The position numbers and the translations under genes are program-made. A stretch of 64,000 nt of DNA from an uncultured bacterium (GTDB lineage: Bacteria > Babelota > Babeliae > Babelales > JABCYS01). Shown here piece by piece: positions 18,323-28,337 of this stretch. The notes under the pieces are model-generated. The model worked only from the letters and a program-made list of their open reading frames with translations, had not been told where the DNA came from and did no database searches. Numbering within the stretch: position 1 is the stretch's first letter; each line of letters begins with the position of its first letter. Location: assembly GCA_963705705.1 (NCBI GenBank), contig CAVPKK010000005.1:1-64000 (forward strand), read 5' to 3'.

Positions 18323-19930
18323 ATGTCTAGAAAACAACTTGGTTCAATCTTATCCGGTTCGTTAACCGAAGGCTTTTTGATGCGCATTGTGGCCGATGCC
18401 GCATTGCACGAAATTAAAACCGGCAAATTTGTGAGTGTTCAAAGCGGCCCACATAAATTCTTTTCATTGATTACCGATTTAGCCCTCGAAGTTACCCATC
18501 CAGATATTTTGCTGTTCCCACCGACGAGCAATGAATCCTTATTAATGGAGGCGCTCAAAAAGAAAGATATCTACGCCACAGCCCAGCTGCGGCCAATGCT
18601 CATGCTTAACCAGACGAATGAGAAGATGCCGGTCAAAACCATACCGGGCCATTTCTCAAGCGTATATGAAGCCAATCGTGCGGATGTAAATCTTATTTTT
18701 GGCGACGAACATGATGCCAGCAAGCGGTATTTCAATATTGGTTGCCCATTGGATATGGATACGCCAGTGTGCATAGATTTGGAACGGCTGTGCGAACGAA
18801 GCAATGGTATCTTTGGAAAATCAGGTACCGGTAAAACATTTTTAACCAGATTGATTTTGGCCGGTATTGTAAAACAAGAAAAGGCGAGCGTGTTGATTTT
18901 CGACATGCACAGCGAATATGGTATTCAAGCGCGTAAAGAAGGCGGACCCTTCGTTAAAGGTTTAAAAACATTATTCCCTGATAAAGTGGCGCTTTTTTCA
19001 CTCGATCCCCAATCAACCCGTCGCCGTGGCGGCATGCCGGATGTTGAGATTGTCATTCCTTATAGCGCCATTAATGTTGAAGATGTGATCTCATTGCAGG
19101 ATGAACTTAATCTGCATGCAACAGCTCTGGAAGCAGCCTATTTAATTGCTGCAAAACACAAACGCGATTGGTTGGGAGTATTACTCACCCAGGGCGATCG
19201 GTTGAAAGAGTTTGCGCAAGAACTCGGCGCCCATCCAGAATCTATTGCCGCGCTATATCGTAAATTAAAGCGGCTTGAGCGATTACCGTTCTTACAACCT
19301 TCAACTATTGGCGCAGTAAGAGACCATTCAGTGATCGATCAAATGTTGGAATATATAGATAAAGGCATGAGTGTTATTGTTGAGTTTGGCAATTATACCG
19401 GCACCTTTGTATACCTATTGATAGCCAACATCATCACCCGCCGAATCCATGCTCGCTATATTGAAAAAACTGAAAAATATTTAGGCTCACAGCAACTCAG
19501 TGATGAGCCAAAGAAATTGATGATCTGCATCGAAGAAGCACATAAATTCTTGAACCCTTCTGCCGCGCGTCAGACTATTTTCGGCACCATTGCCCGCGAA
19601 ATGCGTAAATATTATGTTTCATTATTAGTGGTCGACCAACGGCCATCTGGTATTGATGAGGAAGTGTTATCGCAAATTGGTACCAAGGTGGTGGCGCAAC
19701 TCAATGATGAGAAAGATATCCAGGCAGTGCTCACTGGTATCAGCGGTGCCAATAATCTCAGATCTATTCTTGCTTCATTGGATACCAAAAAACAGGCACT
19801 ATTACTTGGCCATGCGGTAGCCATGCCAGTGGTAGTGCAAACGCGCGAATATGATGAACGATTCTACCGCGCAATGGGGCCGGAAGTTTCGAGTAAACAA
19901 ATTACCCAGCTGATTGATGAACTGTTTTAA
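18323..19930 (+). CDS. HerA/FtsK-like ATPase (DUF87 type)
   Basis: Walker A GKSGTGKT, IFDMHSEY, Walker B EEAHKF, AREMRKY and DQRPS; N-terminal HAS-barrel-like region. Confidence 0.88.
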   Translation: MSRKQLGSILSGSLTEGFLMRIVADAALHEIKTGKFVSVQSGPHKFFSLITDLALEVTHPDILLFPPTSNESLLMEALKKKDIYATAQLRPMLMLNQTNEKMPVKTIPGHFSSVYEANRADVNLIFGDEHDASKRYFNIGCPLDMDTPVCIDLERLCERSNGIFGKSGTGKTFLTRLILAGIVKQEKASVLIFDMHSEYGIQARKEGGPFVKGLKTLFPDKVALFSLDPQSTRRRGGMPDVEIVIPYSAINVEDVISLQDELNLHATALEAAYLIAAKHKRDWLGVLLTQGDRLKEFAQELGAHPESIAALYRKLKRLERLPFLQPSTIGAVRDHSVIDQMLEYIDKGMSVIVEFGNYTGTFVYLLIANIITRRIHARYIEKTEKYLGSQQLSDEPKKLMICIEEAHKFLNPSAARQTIFGTIAREMRKYYVSLLVVDQRPSGIDEEVLSQIGTKVVAQLNDEKDIQAVLTGISGANNLRSILASLDTKKQALLLGHAVAMPVVVQTREYDERFYRAMGPEVSSKQITQLIDELF

Positions 19931-20028
19931 TTTTCTGCGGCGTTAGATTTTTTGCATTTTGCTTTTTTGAAAGGGGATTGGTATGTTCCTTTTTGATAAC
20001 CTAATTACAATCCCAATCAAAGGAGAAG

Positions 20029-21158
20029 ATGATGAACAGATCGTTCAAATCAATGTTTCTTGGCATAGCATTCTTAATCGCAGGCTCTCTTGCAGCTGAT
20101 AAAGATCACTGCCATAGACGATGCAAAATAAATACAAATGTATTTGCAGGCAATGCGGATAATAATTTTGTAAGCATTACGTATCTGACTGCTGGCAAGA
20201 AGAAAAATCCTACTGTTTTATTAATACATGGTAATGGCGGCACAGCGGATGATTGGCGCGGCGTAATGGAAGAGATGTGTAAAGATTTCTACCTAGTAGC
20301 TCCCAATAGACGTGGTACTTGTCCAAGTGGTCAGCCGCAAACTGGTGAACCACGGCTAGCATGCTTTTCGATTATTCTCTTGCAGTCACAGTAACGGACT
20401 TCGTGGGTGTATTGGAACAGGAAGGTGTCTCGCATCCTCATATCGTTGCTCATTCATATTCTGGCCGCTTTGCAGAGCTCTATTATTTCTTGTACAAGAA
20501 TGATCCGGTTCTTTCGCCTAAGTCGCTCATTCTTTTAGCGACCAGCTTTTCAGGAAGCTTGGCCGGAGTTGGTTTAAAGGCCATTAATATGGCAATATCG
20601 CATGGTGATCTTTGTGCAATTGCTACAGGGTTTCAGGACTTTGCAGTAACTGTTTCCTGTAATTCTAATAATCCAGATGCTTGTTCTGTAGTTCCATATC
20701 CGGCCACCTTAGCCGATTTGGAGGAAGAAGTTTTCTTAGGCGCAACTCAAACTTCAGTCTATGCATATCAATCATATACTACTGTTGCACAGCAAGCTTC
20801 ATCAAATTTTGTACCTGGTTTCGTTAATCCCATTAACATCCCAACACTTCCATTCACGGGACCAACTTCTTCAAATCCTATAGGCGTCTTTACTGATATA
20901 ACAATTCCGGTCGCGATTTTTTATGGCACCAATGATGAAATAAATGTGCCTCAAAATCTAAATATATTAGGTGCATGCTTTACCAACAGCTCTGCTTTGT
21001 TTGAACAAGAGCTGCGTGGCGTTCCGCATTTTTCTATGCTAACGAACTACGCAGTATTGGCCAAAAAGTTTACTGAATTTATATATAATATTGATGAGCG
21101 CTGTACATTCCTATTCTTCCCTCCAGCAGCATGTACACCGCCAAACCCATGCATCTAA
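20029..21158 (+). CDS. Secreted alpha/beta hydrolase, split by one frameshift at about 20360-20390
   Basis: Signal peptide and LLIHG in ORF 20029-20394; nucleophile AHSYSG, acid GTNDE and His (VPHF) in ORF 20361-21158. Confidence 0.75.
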
Positions 21159-21182
21159 TTTAAGAAAATAGTTAGATATTTT

Positions 21183-21221
21183 AATGCCTGGCTTGTTTTA
21201 AAACAGCCAGGCATTTTTTTT
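21183..21221 (+). terminator. Rho-independent terminator between convergent genes
   Basis: 11-bp stem AATGCCTGGCT/AGCCAGGCATT followed by a T run. Confidence 0.8.
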
Positions 21222-21261
21222 GCATTAATTGGACAAGAAGGAAGCGAGCAAGAACTAGGAA

Positions 21262-22782
21262 TCACACAATAGTAGGTGTGATAAAGATCAATAACTGCGA
21301 TTCTGATTTTTTCATTTCACGTGATCGGAAGAAAGCTCCAAAGATTGGAATACGGGCAAGGATTGGAATTTCATTGCTTCCCTTTTCATCCTTGTTGAGC
21401 ATCAAGCCGCCTATTGTAGTGGTCTGACCGCTTTTTAAGGTAACCTTATTCTTAGTACGAATCTTCTTAATCGTCGGCGCATTATCCTTTAGTTCATGCT
21501 CAACAACAGAAGAGTTTTCGACCAGGATGTCGAGCTGCACGCGTGAACGATCAGGTGAAATATATGGCTTCACATTTAATATTGTGCCAACCTCTTGGTA
21601 ATTAACCGTTTGTACATTACGTAGTTTCCCATGCGCCATTTCTTCAGTCATCGTTTTTATTGGCACACTTGAACCAATAATAATCTCAGCAATCTCGCCA
21701 TTATTGGTTAATACCGAAGGATTAAGCAATATTTTTGCTTTGGAAGCGGCCTGTGCTGCACGTAATTCTACCATCAGAGAGTGCATCGAAAGATGTGGGC
21801 CAGATAATAATAATGGTGCCGTCACCGCAGTATTATGGTTATGGCCTTGGAATCGAAATCCTGAGCCATCACCGCCTTGTGCCGACCAATTAAAACCAAG
21901 TTGATGCTCCACGGTGTTATCAACCGTTGCAACTACTGCATCGATGCGTACTTGAGGAATCGGACAATCAATAGCATTAATAAATTCAGCCATTTCATCT
22001 GCTTGGCTTTTCCAGCAACGCAAAAATACTTTCTTACTTTCTTTATCAACGGTGCAATAAGCTGAATCATGCTTTCCGCGCTTTATAACATGCTGCCACA
22101 TCTCTTCAATTTTTGACACGAGATGATCGTCGCACCTGGTCTGTTTAAGCCCTATAGTTCTTTGCGCAAGCGGTGTTACATGCCTTCTTTTTAATAGAGC
22201 TGCCGCCTCTGCATAGGGCATTACGCGCCACAGCTGTTGCTGTTTGATCAAGGCAAGACGTGGATTGTTTTTGGCGCAAAGTAATTGCAGAATGTCACCG
22301 GGCGCGCGATGATCAAAGTGAACACGGCCAACTTCCCCAGTCACTTCGGGATCAATCACGAAATCAATATCGGCTGTTACACCAATAAGTTCGATAACAT
22401 CTTGGATGTTTTTTGCTCGCGAGCGCACGGTAATCTTTTTTGCTTGTAGCGAACTATCAGCAAACGTTTGCGCTAAATATTTTTCAATATCAGCATCCGT
22501 TGCAAAGGAAGTAGATTCTTTCCTTTTTTCTGCGAGCTGTTTCTTATCCTGCACCACTTTTGATTTAGCGATAACTGGTTTTTTTTTAGATGCTTTCTTT
22601 TTTTCAACCAGATCATTCTTTTCTATTACAGGAACAGACGCTAGCTGCGCTGCAGGTTTAGTTTCCTCTTTTTTTTGTTCGTGTAATTGTTTGGTTGGCT
22701 CTGGGTAATCGATTGATTCAGACCCTCCGCGAGCAATAAACGGAACGGTGCTCGCGCATAATAAAACTACAATTTTGATCAT
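21262..22782 (-). CDS. pilQ: Secretin, PilQ/ComE-like
   Basis: IDCPIPQVRIDA, P.V.T.N...A.I..G..VP, Y.EVG..L.V.P.I and IPILARIPIFGAFFRS...LLIFITP; lies downstream of PilO/PilP-like genes. Confidence 0.8.
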   Translation of the reverse strand: MIKIVVLLCASTVPFIARGGSESIDYPEPTKQLHEQKKEETKPAAQLASVPVIEKNDLVEKKKASKKKPVIAKSKVVQDKKQLAEKRKESTSFATDADIEKYLAQTFADSSLQAKKITVRSRAKNIQDVIELIGVTADIDFVIDPEVTGEVGRVHFDHRAPGDILQLLCAKNNPRLALIKQQQLWRVMPYAEAAALLKRRHVTPLAQRTIGLKQTRCDDHLVSKIEEMWQHVIKRGKHDSAYCTVDKESKKVFLRCWKSQADEMAEFINAIDCPIPQVRIDAVVATVDNTVEHQLGFNWSAQGGDGSGFRFQGHNHNTAVTAPLLLSGPHLSMHSLMVELRAAQAASKAKILLNPSVLTNNGEIAEIIIGSSVPIKTMTEEMAHGKLRNVQTVNYQEVGTILNVKPYISPDRSRVQLDILVENSSVVEHELKDNAPTIKKIRTKNKVTLKSGQTTTIGGLMLNKDEKGSNEIPILARIPIFGAFFRSREMKKSESQLLIFITPTIV

Positions 22783-23273
22783 ACAATTAATTCCTGCGTT
22801 GCACCTGTAGCATGCTTACACACAACGCCACTTGTTGTAATTTTCTCAATATACCAACCCTCACCGACTGTATCATTTAATCGGGCCAGCTTTGTTCCCT
22901 CGCTATTAGATAATAAAGCTAACGGGCCTGCAGCTGCATGTGCCACTCCAACAACGGTCCAGGCTGGTGGCGGAGGCAAAATAGTGTCTGGTTTGAGAAC
23001 AGTTACTTTCTCTTTAATAGGCACAGCCTGTCTGTTTTGTGTGACAACTTTGGCTGCTGGGATTGTCTCATGGGTCTTAACGAGAACGTCTTTAGTCAGG
23101 GTAGCTTTGGCAATAGCCTTTGGCGTATGAGCCGTTTCATTAAAATGTGAAACAGGCCACGAAAAAGGATCTCGGAATTCCGGGAATCGTATAAACTTTT
23201 CCTTTATAAGCTCTTTCTGCGCTGCGCCTAATGTGGTTGTCGTGCAAATAAGTAAGGTTATTTTTTTGTACAT
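22779..23273 (-). CDS. PilP-like pilus assembly protein
   Basis: RDPF motif and C-terminal VVGV....ALL...D.VG..W.I..IT beta domain; located between a PilO-like gene and the secretin. Confidence 0.55.
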   Translation of the reverse strand: MYKKITLLICTTTTLGAAQKELIKEKFIRFPEFRDPFSWPVSHFNETAHTPKAIAKATLTKDVLVKTHETIPAAKVVTQNRQAVPIKEKVTVLKPDTILPPPPAWTVVGVAHAAAGPLALLSNSEGTKLARLNDTVGEGWYIEKITTSGVVCKHATGATQELIV

Positions 23274-23294
23274 GATTTAGCTCTCCATTGTTTT

Positions 23295-23909
23295 TTATTT
23301 TTCGCGTAGGTTTTCAGTAGCAATGGCTCTACTTACTTCTATAAGATCAAATTTGATAGCAAGCTCTAATGGGTCTTCCAGCGTGCTTTTCTGTTGAACA
23401 TGCCGTTTAATAGAAACCGTGCGCGGATACAACAAATGATCGGTTGCTCCGACTAATTGCATGTATTCGATCATTTCTGGGAATTGCCCCACAAATGAAA
23501 GTTCAACCGGATGAGTGACATACCAATTATGGGATACTGGTGGCTGTGGCATACAGCTGAGAAGTTTAAGATCTGCTTCGACGGCTTTGATCAGTAGCAA
23601 ATTAAGCAAACATTTGTAGCCATTAGGCATACTAGTGCACTGATTGAAGCTGTGGCGTAAATTACTTACTATCTGTTCAAGTTCGTTAACTTCGCGTGCA
23701 CGTCGCGTAAGTTCAATTTGCTGTTGTGAAAGTTGTGAGCATTTATTCTGCGCGCTCACAATTCGCACCTGCAATGGTTGATAAAGAAGCAACCACCAAC
23801 CAAACCAGAGCAAAGATACAGCGCCAATAGTACAGACGTACCAGAAAAGGCGGTGGCGAGTTATGAAGAACGCAAAAAATTTATTATTGCGCGGGATGAA
23901 ATAGTTCAC
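23295..23909 (-). CDS. PilO/GspM-like inner-membrane protein
   Basis: Single TM, then coiled coil, then PVELSFVGQFPEMIEYM (PilO-like ferredoxin-fold segment). Confidence 0.65.
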   Translation of the reverse strand: MNYFIPRNNKFFAFFITRHRLFWYVCTIGAVSLLWFGWWLLLYQPLQVRIVSAQNKCSQLSQQQIELTRRAREVNELEQIVSNLRHSFNQCTSMPNGYKCLLNLLLIKAVEADLKLLSCMPQPPVSHNWYVTHPVELSFVGQFPEMIEYMQLVGATDHLLYPRTVSIKRHVQQKSTLEDPLELAIKFDLIEVSRAIATENLREK

Positions 23910-23959
23910 CGTCTTGCCTCAAAAACACCCGATTAAAGCATATGGTGTAATGTTAGTTC

Positions 23960-23994
23960 GCGCCCCGATCCATCGATTAATTCAGGATGGGCGC
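23960..23994. repeat. 35-bp palindromic element
   Basis: GCGCCCCGATCCATCGATTAATTCAGGATGGGCGC; has a compensatory C-G pair where the 18230 copy has T-A. Confidence 0.85.
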
Positions 23995-24007
23995 TATCTC
24001 AAAATCA

Positions 24008-25207
24008 CTAAAACGTATGCGTTGTCCATTGCATTGGATCTACTTCAACATTGTTTACTAGCAATGCCCAATGTAAATGATCGCCCGTTGCAAATCCAGT
24101 CTTACCCATAATACCTAATGGGTTTCCTTTTTCCACTTTTGATCCAATATCAATATTTGCAAAGCTATCGAGATGACCATAAAGCGTCAATACTCCGCAG
24201 CCATGATCGACTACTACAGTATTTCCACTGCGCGCAAATCGATCCTTCACCACAACAACTCCATCTTGTGCTGCCCATATAGCACTCTTTTTACGTGCGC
24301 CAAGATCAACTGCCTTATGCATATAGCGACCACGTTCTTTATTGGTACGAATAGTGCCGAAATCACAGGTCATAGCAGTCATATCCAATGGAACGCAGAA
24401 AGAACCGTGCCATAATTTTTCATTGGTAGAGCTTTTGCTGCATTCGGCAATCTTGGTGTGCAGATCTTGTTCGGCTCGTCCTGCTTCTGCTTCTTTTTGC
24501 ACTAGATCAGAATTCACCGTGAGTACTTGCTTTTTGAAAGGATATGGCAGCACTTGGAATTTATGCTCCAGCATTTGTGTATTACCAACTTTATCATTGA
24601 TTTCTACAGTCATTAAATATTCGCTTGGATTTTCTTCGCAATCGATTGGCACAAATGCTTCATAGATTGGTGAATGTGCGGATTCACGTACGCAATTGTA
24701 TGTGCGTGAAAATGCTTTCACTTGCGCTTGTTTAATATCTTTATTTACTTGAAATTGCAGATGGAGTGTGCGGCCCTGAAATACTTTAAGATCTGCTGCA
24801 GGCCTCACGAATGCGGCTTGCAGAGGCTGATTATCAACGAAGAACGTGCGCTCTTCGATTGTTTTTATGCCTTTATATGATCCCTTGGTTGCTTCAACGC
24901 GCAGTTGGTGCTTGCCGTTTGCAACATGCAATGAATCAATGGCAAATGGGTGTTCGAAAGAATTTTTATTGATGCGCTTATTAACAAGAGGAGTATTGTC
25001 TAAAAAAATGGAGATATCTGAAACCTTCGATTTATCCGCGCCTTTCAGCACACATTGAATTGCGCCTGCATACGAACCTTCTTGTTCGAGCCCTTGCAAT
25101 TGTATAGTTGGCTGTGATCCATCAAAGAAGTAGTAGTAACCGCGTAGCCCCATCCAACCACCGATAACAACTACTAGACCTAGAATAAGATTTTTTGCTC
25201 GAAACAT
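24008..25207 (-). CDS. M23 family metallopeptidase with an N-terminal membrane anchor
   Basis: HKAVD, GNTVVVDHG, LYGHL and TGDHLHW. Confidence 0.9.
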   Translation of the reverse strand: MFRAKNLILGLVVVIGGWMGLRGYYYFFDGSQPTIQLQGLEQEGSYAGAIQCVLKGADKSKVSDISIFLDNTPLVNKRINKNSFEHPFAIDSLHVANGKHQLRVEATKGSYKGIKTIEERTFFVDNQPLQAAFVRPAADLKVFQGRTLHLQFQVNKDIKQAQVKAFSRTYNCVRESAHSPIYEAFVPIDCEENPSEYLMTVEINDKVGNTQMLEHKFQVLPYPFKKQVLTVNSDLVQKEAEAGRAEQDLHTKIAECSKSSTNEKLWHGSFCVPLDMTAMTCDFGTIRTNKERGRYMHKAVDLGARKKSAIWAAQDGVVVVKDRFARSGNTVVVDHGCGVLTLYGHLDSFANIDIGSKVEKGNPLGIMGKTGFATGDHLHWALLVNNVEVDPMQWTTHTF

Positions 25208-25479
25208 TATGTGACCCCTATGCTGTGATTCCATTTTTGAGATGGATGCCAATATAGCGCATTTTGCCAAGCGTTAGAATGTTGCATAATTTAAAAGTCA
25301 AAACTTTGTCTCTCGTATTAATGTTACGTTATAAACAAATGCCCTACATAGCAGCTCAAAACTTATGCTCAGGCTAAGGGACTTCACTCCTTAACAATGA
25401 GTCAACAAACTCGATGGGGTCGAATGTCGAAGGCATCGTTACCATTTGAAACGATTCTGCCAATCCTTACACTATTGAT

Positions 25480-26751
25480 ATGGACAAAACGAAGATCAAG
25501 AACCTCCCGCTCACACCGGGGGTGTATCTATTTAAAAATAAGGACCAGGAGGTCGTATACATAGGCAAGGCTAAATCCCTGCGATCGCGGGTAGCCTCCT
25601 ATTTCCGTATTCCTCAGGATGATCGGGTCACGGCAATCGTTAAGGATGTCGTTGATGTAGCGGCCATCGGGACCAAGAATGAGGCTGAGGCATTGCTACT
25701 TGAGGCCCAATTGGTCAGCGAGCACCAACCCCAATTCAACGTATTGCTCAAGGACGGGCAGCCGTTTGTCTACCTATTATTTACCGAACCCAAGGAGGGA
25801 TTGCCGACCTTGGAGATTGTCCGAAATAAGAAGAAAAAGGGGGTGTTTTTCGGTCCATTCATCACAAAAGGGTCGGCCCGACGAGTACATACCTACCTAA
25901 TACGTACCTTCCGCCTCACCATATGCAATAAGAAGATTGCGGCCGGCTGTCTGGATTATCACCTTGAGCTATGCGCAGGTAATTGCCGGGGGAATTTTGA
26001 TGTCGAAGCTTACCGGTTCCGATTATCTTTGGCCCGCCAGGCACTCGAGGGTGATCATAAAACATTCGTAAAGTCACTTAAAGAGCAGCGGGCGGCTTGT
26101 AATAAGAAGCTATTATTTGAGCGAGCACGCGAGCTACAGGGGTATCTGAACAATTTCGAACAGATTTTTAATGTGATTCGGACTCGGTATCATGAACGAA
26201 AATATGAGTCAGAATCGGCTATTGCCACGGCACCGGTTAAGTATCGACCAGCTCCAAGACCAGAAGTTGCCGAAGCGCTACAAAAGTTATTGAGTCTTCC
26301 GACCGCACCCCATACCATAGATTGCTTTGATATTTCCCACTTTCAAAGCCAGGCTATCGTTGGCTCCTGCATCCGGTTTCAGGATGGTTCGCCGGTAAAG
26401 GATAAATTTCGTCGGTTTCGGATTAGGACCTTGACCCAACAGCATGACTATGCAGCAATGCAGGAAGTGGTTCTCCGTAGATATCGGGATGGCAAGGATT
26501 TACCTGATCTTGTATTAATTGATGGTGGCAAGGGCCAATTAAGTGCAGCTATGGCTGTTCTTCCAGCCGGCGCACAGTGTATTAGCTTGGCCAAGCGGGA
26601 AGAGATTGTGTATGGGATCACGGTTCCCGAGGGCATACCGCTTGATGTTAAGACCGAAGCTGGAAGACTCTTAATAGCCTTAAGGGACTATGCACACCAC
26701 TTCGCCGTGTCTTATCACAAAGTGAGGCGAAGTAAGAATAATTTTGATTAG
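25480..26751 (+). CDS. uvrC: Excinuclease ABC subunit C, short form without the C-terminal HhH
   Basis: GIY-YIG (PGVYLF...YIGKAKSLR), CFDISH, LIDGGKGQL and RDYAHHFA. Confidence 0.92.
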   Translation: MDKTKIKNLPLTPGVYLFKNKDQEVVYIGKAKSLRSRVASYFRIPQDDRVTAIVKDVVDVAAIGTKNEAEALLLEAQLVSEHQPQFNVLLKDGQPFVYLLFTEPKEGLPTLEIVRNKKKKGVFFGPFITKGSARRVHTYLIRTFRLTICNKKIAAGCLDYHLELCAGNCRGNFDVEAYRFRLSLARQALEGDHKTFVKSLKEQRAACNKKLLFERARELQGYLNNFEQIFNVIRTRYHERKYESESAIATAPVKYRPAPRPEVAEALQKLLSLPTAPHTIDCFDISHFQSQAIVGSCIRFQDGSPVKDKFRRFRIRTLTQQHDYAAMQEVVLRRYRDGKDLPDLVLIDGGKGQLSAAMAVLPAGAQCISLAKREEIVYGITVPEGIPLDVKTEAGRLLIALRDYAHHFAVSYHKVRRSKNNFD

Positions 26752-26856
26752 TTATGAAATCGGTCTTCAGCCGGAGTGCCCAAATCCTTGATTTTAGAAA
26801 ACGATCTCTGTTACTATCAAGTAACGCTTTCAATAATAAACAACAGGAGCTTTTGT

Positions 26857-27198
26857 ATGAAGTTTAATAAATCACTGTTCTTTGCTTTTGCGATTTTCTC
26901 ATTCACCAATATGCAAGCAACTTCATCGACATCACACATAGCCAGAATTAACCCTAAAGATATAGCCGAGATCGAACATACATCCGTAAAACAATTCGAA
27001 ATATATTCGGCCAATCTAGTAGATGGCACCAATATCGTAGCTGAGAATGGGAAGCGGGGATTAGTGTGCAGATGGATCAATGTCTACACCGGTGACAATG
27101 GGACCTGTGATGCCGCTAATTTTAATATTTTGAAAGATGCTTACGTCGCAAAACTGGCCCGTATTGCAGCTGAAGAAAAAACAAAGAACCAAAAATAA
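26857..27198 (+). CDS. Small secreted hypothetical protein
   Basis: AGGAG RBS; signal peptide MKFNKSLFFAFAIFSFTNMQA. Confidence 0.65.
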   Translation: MKFNKSLFFAFAIFSFTNMQATSSTSHIARINPKDIAEIEHTSVKQFEIYSANLVDGTNIVAENGKRGLVCRWINVYTGDNGTCDAANFNILKDAYVAKLARIAAEEKTKNQK

Positions 27199-27216
27199 TC
27201 TCAGAAAGAAGTTGGC

Positions 27217-28047
27217 TTAGCAGTTTCTAGCTGATCTTTTGGTCTTTAATCGCTTATAGACACCCTTTGCAATACCAAAAGCCGTGGCTGCCATTAATGG
27301 GGAAAGAGCTATCAAAAATCCACCCCAAGGTGTTACCGTCATGTCCTTTTCAAAGCCAAGCTCGCGCCATATTTGTTGACCATCACCATGAGCAATACTT
27401 ATAGGCGTAAGCCCATAAACAAACTCACCGATTAACCGTGTTGCCCGAAGTGTATTAAACGTCATCATAAATATTTCAGCGAATGGCGGCGTTTTATAAG
27501 CGCCCTGCTCAGCTATCATCTTCTCAACTATATCACTTATATTTTTATAGGCCTGCAATGGGCTCTTTAAGCCAATTTTTAAACTTTCTTTATCTGAACC
27601 TCCGTTTCTTGAAGCATAAAGAGCATTGGCTGCAATCATAATTGCATAATTAGCAGTTAGTCCGGCAAACGGACCTGTTACCAGGCATGCAAGCCTATTT
27701 CCTGCTTCATCGGCATTGCCCCATTGCCCAAAAAACGGCATAAACACTGCCAATGGATGCCTAAGTAGATTACACTGCAACTCAATTTGGCCACCCCTCC
27801 CACCGGTCAACCTATTTCCAAAATAGTGCCCGCATTCATGCAGCAGGATTATAGGCAATTCGGTCGCAATATAGGCCGTTAACCCTAACCCCATGGCTGA
27901 TGCAATTCGGCCAGCACTTTTTAATCTATGAAAATACCCTGTAGGCTCGGCCGGTTGTTTGGCGGCTCCAAGTGCAGCGGCGCCAATGGGCTGAAACACT
28001 AGTCCAAGGAATAGGGCAGTTAAAATAGTGCATCTAGCAAGGTTCAT
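27217..28047 (-). CDS. Membrane zinc metalloprotease, M50-like
   Basis: HECGH at the end of a TM helix, a TGP motif, a downstream P....DG motif, and several TM segments. Confidence 0.6.
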   Translation of the reverse strand: MNLARCTILTALFLGLVFQPIGAAALGAAKQPAEPTGYFHRLKSAGRIASAMGLGLTAYIATELPIILLHECGHYFGNRLTGGRGGQIELQCNLLRHPLAVFMPFFGQWGNADEAGNRLACLVTGPFAGLTANYAIMIAANALYASRNGGSDKESLKIGLKSPLQAYKNISDIVEKMIAEQGAYKTPPFAEIFMMTFNTLRATRLIGEFVYGLTPISIAHGDGQQIWRELGFEKDMTVTPWGGFLIALSPLMAATAFGIAKGVYKRLKTKRSARNC

Positions 28048-28232
28048 ATAAGGTTCCGGTAATTTGGGTCCATTCTTTGTGGAACATACAGTACAACAGT
28101 TTTGTCGAACTAAAAAAAGTGCGGCTGACAAAACAATCCCCATTTGCCAGAGCGCCCTTCCGGGCCTGTCTCCCTTTTGACAATGAGACACTTTTTTAGA
28201 TACTTATTGTACCCATTAAAATACAGGATAAA

Positions 28233-28309
28233 GGCTGCAGAAGAGCTGGCCACAGCGACCGTCGGAGCTCCCAGGAGGGAGCGAGGAATGGTTGCCTCGA
28301 AGTCATGCA
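28233..28309 (+). ncRNA. Candidate structured cis-regulatory RNA in the clpB leader; family not identified
   Basis: Nested stems GGCT/AGTC, GAG/CTC, CTG/CAG, GCGACCGT/ATGGTTGC and GCTCCC/GGGAGC, in a GC-rich patch within AT-rich intergenic DNA. Confidence 0.5.
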
Positions 28310-28337
28310 TACAAGATTATTAAAAGGAAGAAACAAC

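Noticed and set aside
25360..25440. Possible decayed palindromic element upstream of uvrC (TGTCGAAGG, GCTCAGG)
   Set aside because: Only short words match and the arms are not arranged as in the consensus.
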